6,838 bases of DNA, from the NCBI GenBank assembly GCA_020697515.1, contig JAIXNB010000014.1, positions 1-6,838 on the forward strand, given 5' to 3'. The stretch's first letter is position 1; each line of letters opens with the position of its first letter. Shown piece by piece: positions 6,766-6,838 of this stretch. Source of the DNA: Nanobdellota archaeon (GTDB lineage: Archaea; Nanobdellota; Nanobdellia; Nanobdellales; Nanobdellaceae). The position numbers were made by a program, and so were the translations under genes. The notes under the pieces are model-generated. The model saw only the letters and a list, made by a program, of their open reading frames with translations. It did not search any database and was not told the DNA's origin.

Positions 6766-6786
6766 ATTTAAAAATTTATAAGCCTA
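6766..6786 (-). promoter_or_regulatory. Putative BRE/TATA promoter of ileS
   Basis: The - strand reads TAGGCTTATAAATTTTTAAAT, with CTTATAAATTTTTAAAT at -31 to -15 relative to the ATG. No GGAGG-like Shine-Dalgarno in the last 15 nt (GACCTATCCGATTA). Confidence 0.5.
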
Positions 6787-6802
6787 AAACTTTAAAATTT
6801 TA

Positions 6803-6838
6803 TTAGTAAAACTTCTCGCTCTTAATTATCTCAGCTGC
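6803..6838 (-). CDS. Possible 3' end (last 11 codons plus TAA) of an upstream - strand gene running off the window; product unknown
   Basis: Only one - strand frame is open to the window edge (..AAEIIKSEKFY*, TAA at 6803-6805). The gap from that stop to the ileS ATG would be 51 nt, like the other spacers. This is too short to assess coding potential. Confidence 0.2.
   Translation of the reverse strand, partial: AAEIIKSEKFY

Noticed and set aside
1-6838. CRISPR array, tandem repeats, IS or transposon ends, integrase, toxin-antitoxin or other defence or accessory content
   Set aside because: By eye I found no spaced direct repeats, terminal inverted repeats or unassigned ORFs. Coding capacity is fully accounted for by four universally conserved housekeeping genes plus the rRNA. 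I cannot exclude short dispersed repeats without a computational self-comparison.

Overview
I see no defence island, mobile element, CRISPR array, toxin-antitoxin pair or unassigned multi-gene cluster here. This reads as an ordinary, very compact archaeal core-genome region, and all findings are modest. Positions 1 to about 212 (+ strand) are the GC-rich 3' end of a 23S rRNA gene: I counted 65% GC over 1-220, against roughly 30% by eye elsewhere. That contrast is typical of an AT-rich (hyper)thermophile. Four tightly packed housekeeping genes on the - strand converge on it: isoleucyl-tRNA synthetase (3524-6751), TATA-box binding protein (2912-3463), proteasome beta subunit (2265-2888) and the KH/metallo-beta-lactamase/beta-CASP ribonuclease aCPSF1/FttA (265-2136). 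Each gene has an A/T-rich TATA-like element about 15-35 nt upstream of its ATG and no Shine-Dalgarno sequence, which suggests leaderless or near-leaderless mRNAs. Oligo-T runs follow each stop codon. The most unusual items are: (1) an insertion of about 80 aa, resembling a small alpha/beta module, inside the catalytic body of IleRS; (2) a 61-70% GC, G-run-rich, rare-codon island inside the otherwise AT-rich aCPSF1 gene; (3) a 14-nt AAGCTTAAATTTTT element present in two promoter regions in opposite orientations; (4) an unlinked 23S rRNA gene facing the termination-factor gene. All + strand ORFs in the supplied track look like antisense shadows.
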